A stretch of 64,000 nucleotides of DNA, taken from Nitrospiraceae bacterium (lineage in GTDB: Bacteria > Nitrospirota > Nitrospiria > Nitrospirales > UBA2166). This document shows positions 9,655-20,483 of this stretch, piece after piece. The position numbers and the translations under genes are program-made. The notes below the pieces were generated by a model that was not told the DNA's origin, searched no databases, and saw only the letters and a program-made list of their open reading frames with translations. The stretch lies in the NCBI GenBank assembly GCA_002726235.1, contig PBSN01000008.1, forward strand, positions 606,136 through 670,135, in the 5' to 3' direction. Position 1 is the stretch's first letter, and every line of letters begins with the position of its first letter.

Positions 9655-10789
9655 TATGACCTCTAAACCCTAACCCAACTCCTTGCTGAAGTCCGAGAGA
9701 TGTTTTGATGTTGAGCGCTTCCTTTGCTGTTGACCACATTGGCTTGCGACCAGAAACAAGGACGAATACCATAGCCGGATCGTCAAGAAGCTCTGTCATT
9801 TTCATCGCTGCTTGTCCAATAAATGGACTCACCTCACCATGCACTCCAGGTTCGGATACCGCAACGATAAAGCGGTCAAATAAACGTTGCCGCGCCTCCA
9901 AAAAATCTTCTGTGTACCCAACAAGCGCTTGTCGTGGGTTGAGCATCGTGTCGGTATGCAATTCAATGCCAAATCTCGCTCTAGGTTGTTTCTGTCTTAC
10001 CGCAGCCATCACACTGTCGAGAACACTCAGATACTCCCGATTCTTCCATCCTGCCCAACGCCAAAATTCAGGCGAAAATTGTCCTCTATCCTGTGCTACA
10101 GGAAGGCTCCTAGGCGCATTTTGTGTCCGCTGTCGATCGGCCGAGGTGAAAAGTTTCCGTGGGGATAGGCTATAGTGGAAATCACGTTGGAACCCCTCAA
10201 GCCCATAGTGACTAAATCCATCAAATGGTCCGGAAGGTGGATCAAAGCGAAACACAATCAGGTCAACACCTGCAGTTGCAAGACCAAGAGATGTCCTCTT
10301 AATTGATTCCTGAAATTCTGGGTGAAGAAGATCGGGAGATCCTGACGGCCGGAGAACTCCACTATCGGAATTAAGGCGTATATCACTCCACCCTCGATGA
10401 GAGTTCCCTTCAAAAAGCTTCTCCCTGAGGTTGACCACTGCGTATACCCTTACCTGCTGTCGATGAGCCTCCCTAACAAGATCATTCCATTGAAGGTTGC
10501 TTCCGCGCTCAAACAAAGACCGTTGCAGGAATAGCGTGTTCGTTCCTTGACCCTTAGTGGAAGCAATCCACGACTGAAGGCTTGCCTTGGACCTCATGGC
10601 ATCTCTAGGCAAGGAAACTTCCCACCCGAGTAGAGACCCAAACTGCCATGGCTCTACTGTCATTGAGCGTTCGTGTATGGGGAGAGGAATGGCTGAGTTG
10701 GAAATCTCAGACCGAACCTGCTTCCCTCCGACGACACAACCGGAGACCATCACGGCAGCCACCGTCATCACGACAAAGGGTGCAAGCAA
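9644..10789 (-). CDS. Lipoprotein with glycoside-hydrolase-like TIM barrel (PgaB C-terminal/GH153-like)
   Basis: Lipobox VMVSGC; barrel-like segments GTNTLFL, VREAHRQQVRVYAV, FWRWAGWKNREY; family call from motif resemblance only. Confidence 0.5.
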   Translation of the reverse strand: MLAPFVVMTVAAVMVSGCVVGGKQVRSEISNSAIPLPIHERSMTVEPWQFGSLLGWEVSLPRDAMRSKASLQSWIASTKGQGTNTLFLQRSLFERGSNLQWNDLVREAHRQQVRVYAVVNLREKLFEGNSHRGWSDIRLNSDSGVLRPSGSPDLLHPEFQESIKRTSLGLATAGVDLIVFRFDPPSGPFDGFSHYGLEGFQRDFHYSLSPRKLFTSADRQRTQNAPRSLPVAQDRGQFSPEFWRWAGWKNREYLSVLDSVMAAVRQKQPRARFGIELHTDTMLNPRQALVGYTEDFLEARQRLFDRFIVAVSEPGVHGEVSPFIGQAAMKMTELLDDPAMVFVLVSGRKPMWSTAKEALNIKTSLGLQQGVGLGFRGHNVP

Positions 10790-10950
10790 GAGGTAAACCC
10801 GTTACCAAACACTAAGGCACAAATGCTTCATTCAGGTCACTCTCTGTTTTAGGACAGCGCGTGGCACTTAAACCCTCACCTACGCCTATATATGCTCCGA
10901 TTCTGTGCTCCTCACGCCTTATCCTGGCCACAATTGAAAAACCTAAGTGG

Positions 10951-11379
10951 TTACTCAGTTCGCGAATATAAGTCACTGTCAGTAAAAAAGAACTCAATTT
11001 CTTTACCTGCCGTCTCCGGAGCATCAGATCCATGCACAACATTGAAGTCAATACTTGCCCCAAATGCCTTGCGAATTGTACCCTCAGCTGCCTTGGAAGG
11101 ATCCGTCGCACCCATCAGATCGCGATGTCGAAGAATTGCTCCCTCTCCTTCAAGAGCCAAAACTACGATCGGACCCGACGACATAAACGAAGTGAGATCA
11201 TTAAAAAAAGGTTGATTGCAATGAACTTGGTAAAACGCCTTAGCTTGCTCCTTAGTAAGTTGTGTCAAACGAATCGCGATGGGAATCAGCCCGCTTTGTT
11301 CATACCGGCGAATAATTTCACCGATCACTAGGCTTCGTACTCCGTCCGGCTTAATAATTGCCAATGTGCGTTCAAACAT
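10951..11379 (-). CDS. ndk: Nucleoside diphosphate kinase
   Basis: ERTLAIIKPDG, GATDP, NVVHGSD. Confidence 0.97.
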   Translation of the reverse strand: MFERTLAIIKPDGVRSLVIGEIIRRYEQSGLIPIAIRLTQLTKEQAKAFYQVHCNQPFFNDLTSFMSSGPIVVLALEGEGAILRHRDLMGATDPSKAAEGTIRKAFGASIDFNVVHGSDAPETAGKEIEFFFTDSDLYSRTE

Positions 11380-11429
11380 TTTGTGTGCCTACCTCTAGAA
11401 TATTAGCGTGGAATACATAAAATCGAATT

Positions 11430-12464
11430 CTAGCACTCTAGCATTCCTCTGGCCAGATCATTCGGACGGAATATCCCACGTTCCGTAATGATCCCAGTGA
11501 TCAATTCTGCTGGTGTCATGTCAAACGCGGGATTGTATATTTCGGTATGCTCTGGAGTGATACGCGTCATCCCAAGAACATTGGCAACTTCACCTATGTC
11601 TCGCTCTTCAATCGGAATACCATCACCATCGGGCATTGCAGGATCAATGGTTGATCGTGGAGCCGCCACATAAAATGGCACTCCATGTGCTCGCGCTAAC
11701 ACCGCTAGGCTGTATGTGCCTATTTTGTTCACTACATCTCCATTTGTTGCAACCCGATCGGCCCCAACAACACATACCTGAATGCAGCCCTTCCGCATAA
11801 GCGCTCCCGCCATGTTGTCCGTAATCAGCGTCACTGGAATTTTATCCTGCTGTAGTTCCCACACCGTAAGCCGCGCACCCTGAAGTACAGGTCTTGTTTC
11901 TCCAGCAATCACAGAGATCTTCTTCCCTTCATCCCAAGCAGCACGGACAACGCCCAGTGCCGTCCCATACCCTCCGGTCGCCAAGGATCCCGCATTACAG
12001 TGCGTCATCACGGTCTGGCCTTTCGCCAATAACGTCGCACCATGCCGTCCAATTGCTCGATTCATTGCAACATCCTCTTCTAAAATCCGACACGCTTCGG
12101 CAACCAAATAGGCCTTGAGGTCGACAACAGAAGAATCTCGATGCGCATTCAAGACTGCCTTCATTTGGTTAAGTGCCCAAAATAGGTTCACCGCCGTCGG
12201 TCGCGTTGCTGCAAGGTGATCGCAGATCTCAAGAACGCCATTTGAAAAAGCGTCAAAGGTTTTTTCCTTGATCGTTTGCGCCCCAAGAGCAACTCCCATT
12301 GCTGCCGTAATCCCGATTGCCGGAGCCCCACGCACGCGAAGATCTTTGATCGCCTGAGCGACCACTCGATAATCATCGCAATCAAGAAAGGTTACGGAAT
12401 GAGGCAACGCCTGCTGATCCAGCAGGCGCACACATCCATCTTTCCATTCAATAGGGGAAATCAT
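11430..12464 (-). CDS. mtnA: S-methyl-5-thioribose-1-phosphate isomerase
   Basis: VRGAPAIG, RPTAVNL, THCNAGSLATGGYGTALG, ETRPVLQGARLT, NPAFD. Confidence 0.95.
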   Translation of the reverse strand: MISPIEWKDGCVRLLDQQALPHSVTFLDCDDYRVVAQAIKDLRVRGAPAIGITAAMGVALGAQTIKEKTFDAFSNGVLEICDHLAATRPTAVNLFWALNQMKAVLNAHRDSSVVDLKAYLVAEACRILEEDVAMNRAIGRHGATLLAKGQTVMTHCNAGSLATGGYGTALGVVRAAWDEGKKISVIAGETRPVLQGARLTVWELQQDKIPVTLITDNMAGALMRKGCIQVCVVGADRVATNGDVVNKIGTYSLAVLARAHGVPFYVAAPRSTIDPAMPDGDGIPIEERDIGEVANVLGMTRITPEHTEIYNPAFDMTPAELITGIITERGIFRPNDLARGMLEC

Positions 12465-13063
12465 TGCTTGATCATGACTTGTAAGATGACTTTTGCTTTT
12501 CGAAGTGCGATTGCTCTGTGACTCATCGAATTTTTCTCTTCAGCACTCAATTGAGCCATGGTTTTCCCAAGCGAAGGAATAAAAAATATTGGATCGTACC
12601 CGAAGCCATTATCCCCCATTGGGCGTTCTGCAATCATCCCTTCCAGGGTACCATCAGCAACATGTACTTCGGACCCAGGTCGCGCAACCGCAGCAACAGT
12701 AATAAACAACGCCTGACGACATTCCCGCGGAACTCCTTCCATCTCGTGAAGCACTTTACGCCAGTTATCCTCGTAACTTGCTCCTAGGCCAGCATAGCGG
12801 GCCGCAAATACCCCGGGACGACCTCCAAGCGCCTTAACCTGCAACCCCGTATCGTCCGCAAGAGACATGTGTCCCGTATACCGTGCAATCTCGGTCGCTT
12901 TTTTCACCGCATTCGCCTCACATGTCTCCCCATCCTCCACAACGTCAGGCGCACCAGGAAATTCCTCCAACGTCCGCAAGCAAATACCAAGCTCTGCGAG
13001 GAGAGATGATAACTCGTCTTTTTTATCTTGATTTCTAGTCGCGAGAACTAGGGAGCCAATCAT
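12461..13063 (-). CDS. rdgB: dITP/XTP pyrophosphatase (Ham1/RdgB)
   Basis: LATRN, ADDTGL, GFGYDPIF, SHR motif. Confidence 0.93.
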   Translation of the reverse strand: MIGSLVLATRNQDKKDELSSLLAELGICLRTLEEFPGAPDVVEDGETCEANAVKKATEIARYTGHMSLADDTGLQVKALGGRPGVFAARYAGLGASYEDNWRKVLHEMEGVPRECRQALFITVAAVARPGSEVHVADGTLEGMIAERPMGDNGFGYDPIFFIPSLGKTMAQLSAEEKNSMSHRAIALRKAKVILQVMIKQ

Positions 13064-13130
13064 GCAAACACTGGTCGCATACCAGTGTCACCACTGTTCA
13101 CTCGACAAAGGGCCGTAGCGTGTTGCACCG

Positions 13131-13916
13131 TCACGGATTCACCATTGATTTATCAGGAGAATCCAAGTCTGAGACCGTCGAGTCAGGAGAGGGAGCCTCA
13201 AACGCGCCATCACCTCCGCCGAGAATACTAACCTTTGATGATGCTTCGCTCAAGTAGATCGAGTATGGATACCCTTTAAGGAGTTCCTGATATCGTGCCA
13301 TAGCGGCCTCTGACTGGTTCTGCTGCTCCCCTAAACTCCCAAGCTCAAGTAACGCAAGATCCTTATTTGGCGCCTTATCAATTGTCAGAATCGTTTCGAA
13401 GACACGCTCCGCACTTTGAAAATCCCCTTGTTCAAGATGCGCATATGCCAATCGTTGGCGCACAAGAGCATTCAATGGCCCTTGAGATGGATATTTTTCG
13501 AGGAACCGCTGATACGTCACAATGGCACCCTCATGATCACCAAGAACCGCCAATGCATTGGCAAGGAGATGCATCGCTGGGGGTGCGCTTGAAGTTTCGG
13601 GGTAATCCTCAACTACGGATCGAAACAGCTCAACGGCTTGACGCACATGTGACAGAGCTGCATCCGTATCGCTCAATGGGCGATTCATATACAACTGCGT
13701 GGCTTGCTGAAGTTGGTCTTGCGCCGTCTGTGCAGCCTGCACGTTCATAAAATAGATTCCACCGGCCACGGCCGCCACCACAATCACACTCCCAATAAAC
13801 ACCCACAACCCCTTCGCGTATACACCCATATCACGCCGCATACGCGCCATGGATTCCATCACATGACGTTCGTCTGGAACATTTATTGTTCTTATGGTTT
13901 TGATCTTAAACGCCAT
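13131..13916 (-). CDS. Membrane-anchored TPR protein (YfgM-like)
   Basis: One N-terminal TM helix followed by TPR repeats ending in YP motifs. Confidence 0.75.
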   Translation of the reverse strand: MAFKIKTIRTINVPDERHVMESMARMRRDMGVYAKGLWVFIGSVIVVAAVAGGIYFMNVQAAQTAQDQLQQATQLYMNRPLSDTDAALSHVRQAVELFRSVVEDYPETSSAPPAMHLLANALAVLGDHEGAIVTYQRFLEKYPSQGPLNALVRQRLAYAHLEQGDFQSAERVFETILTIDKAPNKDLALLELGSLGEQQNQSEAAMARYQELLKGYPYSIYLSEASSKVSILGGGDGAFEAPSPDSTVSDLDSPDKSMVNP

Positions 13917-14019
13917 TAATCCCTCACCCTTGCAAAATCTGTAAATTGCCTCTTCGAAGTAATCGTGGTATTACGTCATAGCGGCTGACACTTGTCAAGC
14001 ATCTCCCATTCACGAAAAT

Positions 14020-15198
14020 ATGTTTACACAGTCCCTGACCAATCTTCAGGAAGCCTATCTGCTCCGAACACTCCACCGAACTGAGTCTGCCCAGGATGCT
14101 GAGATCACCATCAAAGGAAAGACTATCATCCTATTCTCATCCAACAACTATCTTGGCCTCGCTAATCATCGAAAACTTAAAGAAGCCGCCATTACCGCCA
14201 TTAAACAGTACGGATTTGGTTCCGGGGCGTCGCGATTGCTTTCTGGAACCATGAGTCTACACGAACAACTTGAAGCTCGCCTCGCATCCTTTGCAAAAAC
14301 AGCCGCTGCTCTCACGTTTAACTCAGGATATCATGCGAACCTCGGTCTAATTCAAACGTTGGTCGAAGAACTCCAACCACATTGTCTCGTACTTGCAGAC
14401 CGTGCATGCCATGCAAGTCTCATCGATGCTATTCGGCTTACAAAAGCCCGCCTCAAAGTGTACCAACACCAGAACACCGAACAACTTGAACGGCTTCTCT
14501 CAACACATGCCGTAACCGAAGCCAGAAACAGTCTTGTCGTCACCGAAGGAGTCTTCAGTATGGATGGAGATATCACTCCGCTACCGAAACTACTCACATG
14601 TATCGAGAAATCCTCAGCGATGTTGCTCGTTGATGATGCTCATGGAATTGGCGTTATGGGATCCACTGGACGTGGGACTATCGAACACTTTGATCTTGAA
14701 ACAAAGATTCCTATTCGCATGGGAACACTCGGCAAAGCACTAGGATGCGTGGGAGCCTTCGTAGCTGGACCGCATGATCTCATACAGCTCCTCATCAACC
14801 GTGCCCGGTCATTCATCTACACAACCGCTCCACCTCCAGCCTTTGCGGCAGCCGCACTTGCTGCCTTAACGATTCTAGAAACTGAGCCAGAACGCAGGGA
14901 AAAATTATGGTGGAACCGAGATTACATGCTCTCAAATCTAAAATCCCTTGGATACAACACCATGCACACCGAAAGCCCAATTCTCCCAGTACTGATTGGT
15001 GATCCCTCACGTACACTTCAATTCTCACAGCGACTCTTTGCACGCGGCATCTATGCCCCAGCCATTCGTCCACCAACAGTCCCTCGGGGAACAAGCCGGC
15101 TACGGATAAGTATGATGGCAACCCACCAACAATCCCAGCTGGATTATGCCTTAGACGTCTTTAGAGACGTGGGTCGGTCGTTAGGAATTATTGCTTGA
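14020..15198 (+). CDS. bioF: 8-amino-7-oxononanoate synthase
   Basis: FSSNNYLGL, GSGASRLLSG, HASLID, VDDAHG, GTLGKALG, AIRPPTVP. Confidence 0.92.
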   Translation: MFTQSLTNLQEAYLLRTLHRTESAQDAEITIKGKTIILFSSNNYLGLANHRKLKEAAITAIKQYGFGSGASRLLSGTMSLHEQLEARLASFAKTAAALTFNSGYHANLGLIQTLVEELQPHCLVLADRACHASLIDAIRLTKARLKVYQHQNTEQLERLLSTHAVTEARNSLVVTEGVFSMDGDITPLPKLLTCIEKSSAMLLVDDAHGIGVMGSTGRGTIEHFDLETKIPIRMGTLGKALGCVGAFVAGPHDLIQLLINRARSFIYTTAPPPAFAAAALAALTILETEPERREKLWWNRDYMLSNLKSLGYNTMHTESPILPVLIGDPSRTLQFSQRLFARGIYAPAIRPPTVPRGTSRLRISMMATHQQSQLDYALDVFRDVGRSLGIIA

Positions 15199-16051
15199 CG
15201 GAAAAGTTTACGACTGGATCGAATATCGTGGGAGGGGAAATATGAGGTCCCATGCTAAATTCAGCAATTCTAAATTCCTCTAATTCCTCAGTGACCACTG
15301 TGGTATGCATGGTGACACCGCCTATCACCGGCATATTAACCGTTTCAATAGATTTAATCAGACCAACATGAGGAGCAAACCAACTGATCAACTTATCCTT
15401 CGTTACAATAACCTCACCATTCGATGACATTGTAACGGTCAGTTCCATCTTCCCGTTCAGCCTTAGTACATTCTGAAACGTCCCCGCTAACACCGAAAGG
15501 GTTTCCAACGACCCAACGGTTATTTCGGCAAACGCATCAACATGCTCGTTAATACCATCTCCATCTATGTCTTGAAACAAGTCACCATCTTTTAAGTTGA
15601 ATTGTCGAAGGGTTTGTTGTTCAAGCAACGGAAATCTGACCACCGGATACGGGGTAAGTTGTTGTTCAAATAAATCATGAGGATGACTGCCATGATATAT
15701 CACACCCTCATCCCCAACATGATAGTAGCTTTCCCTCTCACCCCTATTGCTAGGATTGGTTTCGATAAAAACAATCACACGCTGACCATCCTTCTGCATC
15801 GTCTTGACCGCAGTTGCGCTGTTCATGTAAACGGCAATATTGGTAGCGGTGAGTTGTACTTCCCTCTTATGTTCTGTTCCCTGATAATGCCACACGCTTC
15901 CAATTGGAGCAGAAAAATATGACTCTGGGTTGGCAATAGGAGTTGGAGCCGTTGGGATCGGCACAAACCCGACATTGAACATGCCACACACCACTACCAC
16001 TAGGCTATCCAGCATGCGGAACCTGACTTTCATTAGCTCCATCAACAACAT
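15188..16051 (-). CDS. Hypothetical exported protein
   Basis: Long ORF with hydrophobic N-terminus, beta-rich body, DIDGDG motif and WFAPHVGLIK; start uncertain. Confidence 0.65.
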   Translation of the reverse strand: MLLMELMKVRFRMLDSLVVVVCGMFNVGFVPIPTAPTPIANPESYFSAPIGSVWHYQGTEHKREVQLTATNIAVYMNSATAVKTMQKDGQRVIVFIETNPSNRGERESYYHVGDEGVIYHGSHPHDLFEQQLTPYPVVRFPLLEQQTLRQFNLKDGDLFQDIDGDGINEHVDAFAEITVGSLETLSVLAGTFQNVLRLNGKMELTVTMSSNGEVIVTKDKLISWFAPHVGLIKSIETVNMPVIGGVTMHTTVVTEELEEFRIAEFSMGPHISPPTIFDPVVNFSVKQ

Positions 16052-16281
16052 CGCCTATCCCAGATCGGGCCAAAACCGTAGCATATCATCGTCCACCTCT
16101 CAAGCTCTTGCGCGACTCTTTTTCCAACAATAAGGTAGTATGTAGCCGTGATGCCACACACTACATCCACTCTACCACACGCTTTGATCAACCTCTATAG
16201 ACCGTCTCAAAACTCAGAAGGTAGTTCCCAATCGCATCCACTCACAACACAATGATATGCTGTGGTCAGATAAAACATACA

Positions 16282-16543
16282 CTAACAGACTGTTGAAAAA
16301 CTCAAAACGTTTCGCATTTCACGTGTATGCCGGAAACCCTGACCGGCAATACACAATCTGCAGGATAGTCAAAAAACGTGTCTATCCCTGCCTGAGTATC
16401 TCAAAGGAAATGGCACAAGCCATTGTGCATCCACAACATACAGAGGCTATTGGAGAAGAGTACGTGAGGGGGCAATGGGAAAAGAACGCCGATGGCGGCC
16501 ATTTCGAAAAGACTCAGGGCATGTTTTTTCAACATCCCGCTAA
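16282..16543. repeat. Degenerate inverted-repeat (MITE/REP-like) element
   Basis: ctaacagactgttgaaaaa (16282) and gcaggatagtcaaaaaa (16360) ... gaacgccgatggcggcc ... tttttcaacatcccgctaa (16543). Confidence 0.6.
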
Positions 16544-16581
16544 TGAAATGACAGCCACCCTCCCACATAGCATCGTACGCA

Positions 16582-17973
16582 TTGAGACACCTTAAACTAC
16601 ATCGCTGGTTTACAACAGGCCCACTCCAGCTAATCTTCAAGAACGCTGGAATCCTGCTCAGTGGAAGATCAGTCGCGGGATTATGCAACCTCGGTTCTCT
16701 CGCCCTCGCAGCGCGTACTCTTGGCCCTGAGGTTTTTGGCACCCTCGTTCTCATCCATACTGTCATTCGGTTGATCACAGGCATTGCAAAATTCCAGTCT
16801 TGGCAGGCTGTCATCCGGTACGGAGCAGTAAGTCTACAGGCCAAGAAACATCAGGATTTTCATAGGCTGATTATCTTCACAGTACTGCTCGATGCGGCAA
16901 GCGCACTGCTCGGAGCAATGATAGCAATCCTTGCAGCACCACTTATTGCGCCATATCTCGGATGGAGTTATGACGTGACATCCATGGCAATGCTTTACGG
17001 CACTGTCATTCTGTTCAGCATCACTGCCACACCAACAGGAATTCTTCGTCTCTTTAACCGCTTCGACCTTCTGTCGATCCACGCAATCATCTCACCAGGA
17101 ATCCGCTTAATCGGGGGAAGCATTCTCTACTTTTACAGTGTCGGTTTATGGGGATTCTTATCCATATGGTTCATCGCGAGTGTTGTCAGCGGAATCACAC
17201 TTGTCGTCATGGGCTGGTGGGAACTACGCAAGCGTGAACTTATCCCTCCGAGAAGTCTTTCCTTCCATAACCTCACTCAACCGCACTCCGGACTGTGGCG
17301 ATTCGTCTTTGCAACGAATATCCAAAGTTCATTGGATCTTACGACCGGACATCTCACGACATTGATGGTCGGCTGGGTCCTTGGACCAACTGCTGCTGGG
17401 CTGTTCAGAATTGCGAAGGAACTGTCTACCGTGCTCTCCAGAGCCGGCGGACTCTTGGCGGAATCAACGTATCCAGAGTTGGCAAAGCTATCCACTCAAA
17501 AGCAAAACAAGACTTTCCGGCGCGTGGTCTTTCGGTCCGGACTTGTCGCAGGAAGCGGTGCAACCATGATTTTTTTCAGCATGATCCTTCTTGGCGAACT
17601 GCTTCTCCGATTGACCGTAGGAATTGAATTTGTTGCTGCCTATCCACTCCTTCTTCTCCTCATCTTTGCCGAAACAATTGGAGCATTTGGATTTGGCCTC
17701 AATTCAGCTATGTATGCTATTGGCCGTCCTGGCATTCCATTGAAGGTCAATATCACCACAACCGCACTCTACCTTCCTTTACTTTTCTTTTTGGTGACAC
17801 AGGTGAACATAATCGGCGCTGGAATTGCTTTCATCGTATTTCTAGCAGCGAGATTCGTCGCAATGGCAACGATCACGACACGGCTTCTTTCTCGAGTCGA
17901 TACAACGCCACCCGTAAATACCCAAGGCTCCGCCACATTGCATGACTCCACGCCAACTGGCAAAGGGATGTGA
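16582..17973 (+). CDS. MOP-superfamily (Wzx-like) flippase
   Basis: About 12 TM helices; KNAGILLSG...LGPEVFG, KFQSWQAVIRYG, GILRLFNRFDLL, LGPTAAGLFRIA. Confidence 0.85.
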   Translation: MRHLKLHRWFTTGPLQLIFKNAGILLSGRSVAGLCNLGSLALAARTLGPEVFGTLVLIHTVIRLITGIAKFQSWQAVIRYGAVSLQAKKHQDFHRLIIFTVLLDAASALLGAMIAILAAPLIAPYLGWSYDVTSMAMLYGTVILFSITATPTGILRLFNRFDLLSIHAIISPGIRLIGGSILYFYSVGLWGFLSIWFIASVVSGITLVVMGWWELRKRELIPPRSLSFHNLTQPHSGLWRFVFATNIQSSLDLTTGHLTTLMVGWVLGPTAAGLFRIAKELSTVLSRAGGLLAESTYPELAKLSTQKQNKTFRRVVFRSGLVAGSGATMIFFSMILLGELLLRLTVGIEFVAAYPLLLLLIFAETIGAFGFGLNSAMYAIGRPGIPLKVNITTTALYLPLLFFLVTQVNIIGAGIAFIVFLAARFVAMATITTRLLSRVDTTPPVNTQGSATLHDSTPTGKGM

Positions 17974-17985
17974 TGGTGGAAATTG

Positions 17986-19161
17986 TTAACTAAAGGACAA
18001 GAAGGCTTGGCAAATCTTTTCGATCTGCTCGTCGGTGTGACCTGCACTTACACTACAACGCAACAAACACCCTCCATTTGGTGCGGCCGGAGGCAAAACC
18101 AGATTCACATACACACCGTGTTCCATCAGTTGACTCCATAACCCAATCCCTCGCTCTTTCGTTTCCACCAGTGCAGCGATGACCGGACTAGGCTCCGGAC
18201 CCAAGGTAAACCCCATATCCTGTAAGCTCTCATAGAGACATGTCGCATTTTCCCAGAGCCTCTGACGCAATTCTGGATGTGTCTCGATAATCCGAAGAGC
18301 GGCGCGTGTTGAGGCAACGACGGAAGGGGAAGGCGACGCTGTAAAAATGTAGGGACGGCTTGCATACCGTATCATCTCTACTTCAGGATGTCTGCTTACA
18401 CAAAACCCCCCAGTGGCGCCGAGACTTTTGCTGAATGTTCCCACGATCAAGTCCACGCTTTCCTCAACACCAGCCTCTTCAGCAAGCCCTCGACCATTCT
18501 TTCCAAGGACCCCAAGAGAATGAGCTTCATCAACCACAAGAAACGCCTGATATTTCGTCCTGATGGCTGCAATATCCTTAAGAGGAGCACGGTCGCCGAG
18601 CATGCTGTAAATACCCTCAACAATAATCAACACGCGTGAGGCGCGATCACCAAGCCTCCGCAAGCGCTTCTCTAGATCACTGGCATCGTTGTGTCGGAAT
18701 CGAATAACCTCGGCATCGCCCATACGACACCCATCGTAAATACTGGCATGACAGTCCGCATCGAGAAGAATGACATCATCTGACCCAGCCAAGGTTGAAA
18801 GCAGTCCAATGTTGGCGAGATAGCCTGTCGAAAATACAATTGCCGACCCAACGTTAAAGAAGTCTGCAAGTTCCCTCTCTAACGCAATATGACCCGCAAA
18901 GGTTCCATTGGCCATCCTTGACCCTGTGGTACCCGTACCCTGTTCCTCCAACACTATACGTGCTGCGGCAATACAGTCGGGATGAAACGTCAGCCCAAGA
19001 TAATTATTGGTGCCTGCAAGAATCGTTCGACGCCCATTCACTATCGCTTCAGTGGAAGAAATCACTTGATCGATGACGACATTGAAGGGATCTCTCTCCC
19101 CTTCCCCAAGAAGGCTTTTCCGGGCCTCCGCAAGTTGCTGAAACTTATCAAAAATGGGCAT
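17986..19161 (-). CDS. spt: Serine palmitoyltransferase-like alpha-oxoamine synthase
   Basis: GTNNYLGLT, GTTGSRMANGT, DCHASIYDG, DEAHS, PLP-lysine motif GTFSKSLG (Spt-type, unlike GTLGKA of bioF); adjacent to ACP, reductase and acyl ligase. Confidence 0.8.
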   Translation of the reverse strand: MPIFDKFQQLAEARKSLLGEGERDPFNVVIDQVISSTEAIVNGRRTILAGTNNYLGLTFHPDCIAAARIVLEEQGTGTTGSRMANGTFAGHIALERELADFFNVGSAIVFSTGYLANIGLLSTLAGSDDVILLDADCHASIYDGCRMGDAEVIRFRHNDASDLEKRLRRLGDRASRVLIIVEGIYSMLGDRAPLKDIAAIRTKYQAFLVVDEAHSLGVLGKNGRGLAEEAGVEESVDLIVGTFSKSLGATGGFCVSRHPEVEMIRYASRPYIFTASPSPSVVASTRAALRIIETHPELRQRLWENATCLYESLQDMGFTLGPEPSPVIAALVETKERGIGLWSQLMEHGVYVNLVLPPAAPNGGCLLRCSVSAGHTDEQIEKICQAFLSFS

Positions 19162-19409
19162 TATGATTGACGCGTAAGATGTTCAAGTTGCAACACAAAA
19201 TCTTTGATGGTTCGAACATCTGGAATAATATTCAGCGGGATCGAGATATCAAAACGATCCTCAACCTCAAGTAAAATCTGCATTACTTGTAATGAATCCA
19301 AGCCGATATCGGAAACCAACTCTGTCCCCTCGTCAAGTATGAGGTTATTGTTCGCATAGGGTGCCAAAATCGCGCACAGCTCAATCAAAATGTCGTCGTA
19401 GCTTTTCAT
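19161..19409 (-). CDS. Specialised acyl carrier protein
   Basis: 82 aa acidic protein with phosphopantetheine site DIGLDSL; EVEDRFDISIPLN; stop overlaps the spt start. Confidence 0.9.
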   Translation of the reverse strand: MKSYDDILIELCAILAPYANNNLILDEGTELVSDIGLDSLQVMQILLEVEDRFDISIPLNIIPDVRTIKDFVLQLEHLTRQS

Positions 19410-19414
19410 ACGTG

Positions 19415-20401
19415 TTACGAATCTAGCCGGTACGGAACTGTCGTATCTGATTGTGCTGAAGAATGCGCTTTACATCCCCAACCAAAAGTTTTTCGCAACC
19501 CCTCATCAAGCGCAATTTTTGGGACCCATCCAATCGCATCACGAATAACCGCGTTATCACAGACCCAATTGTGATGCCGAAGCTCTCGAACCTTGCCTGG
19601 TGTAAACATCGGTGTGTAGCCCGTGAGACGCGATGCAGTGATGTTGCATAGGGCAACAAACCTCAACAATGATTCCGAAATTGAAAAACGAGCCACACGC
19701 CGTTGACAGATTCGCTCTACAGTATCGATGACATCATTCCAGCTATATCCGCCAGGATAGCCATCGTGGAATTCCACGACCCGAAGAGCGGAAAATGGAT
19801 TCTCTAGACACATCACCACGGCATCCGCAAGATCATCCACGTACAGCAATGAGAATCGTGCGTGATCATGACCAAGCTTCAGCGCAATACCTCTTCCCAT
19901 CCACTCGAACAGCGGGCGCAACTCACGATCACCCGGTCCGTATACCGCCGGAGGCCGTAGCACCATCCACTCCATATCCCTCGCCAGTAACGCAAGTTGT
20001 GCTTCCCCTTGCAACTTACTCGTCGCATACGGAGACAGCACGGGCTCACGAGCTGCCAAAGAAGACATCAGCAAGAAACGTGGAACCCTGGTTTGGTCAC
20101 AAGAAGCTTGTAGGACGTTTTCGACACCATGGACATTCACGGACTCGAAATCGGCCAAAGAAGCTCCACGAACAAGCCCGGCGCAGTGTACCACATCATC
20201 CACGCCTTCAACGAGGCGGCGGAGACTTCCAAAATCTGACAGATCTCCTTCAACAAACTGGATTGGAATGGTAGCAAGATTGGCTGTCCGGGACGATGCA
20301 CGCACAAGCGCACGAACAACCCAGCCCGCAGCATGAAACCTGTGTGCTAATACATTGCCGATAAATCCCGTTGCCCCAGTTAAGGCAACTATCCTGGACA
20401 T
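19415..20401 (-). CDS. Extended-SDR NAD(P)-dependent reductase (ceramide reductase CerR-like)
   Basis: TGATGFIG, HCAG, SSLAAREP, YATSK catalytic motif, RPPAVYGPGD. Confidence 0.8.
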   Translation of the reverse strand: MSRIVALTGATGFIGNVLAHRFHAAGWVVRALVRASSRTANLATIPIQFVEGDLSDFGSLRRLVEGVDDVVHCAGLVRGASLADFESVNVHGVENVLQASCDQTRVPRFLLMSSLAAREPVLSPYATSKLQGEAQLALLARDMEWMVLRPPAVYGPGDRELRPLFEWMGRGIALKLGHDHARFSLLYVDDLADAVVMCLENPFSALRVVEFHDGYPGGYSWNDVIDTVERICQRRVARFSISESLLRFVALCNITASRLTGYTPMFTPGKVRELRHHNWVCDNAVIRDAIGWVPKIALDEGLRKTFGWGCKAHSSAQSDTTVPYRLDS

Positions 20402-20483
20402 GGAAAGAGCCTAGTAAAGCATCGGACAATCTGATTATTTTGTTTGAAAAGGCATTGGTGCAGCACAGTTGGCAGAACAGCCC

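Noticed and set aside
17986..19161. Second bioF copy
   Set aside because: The motifs and the ACP/reductase/ligase context fit Spt, and a canonical bioF exists at 14020
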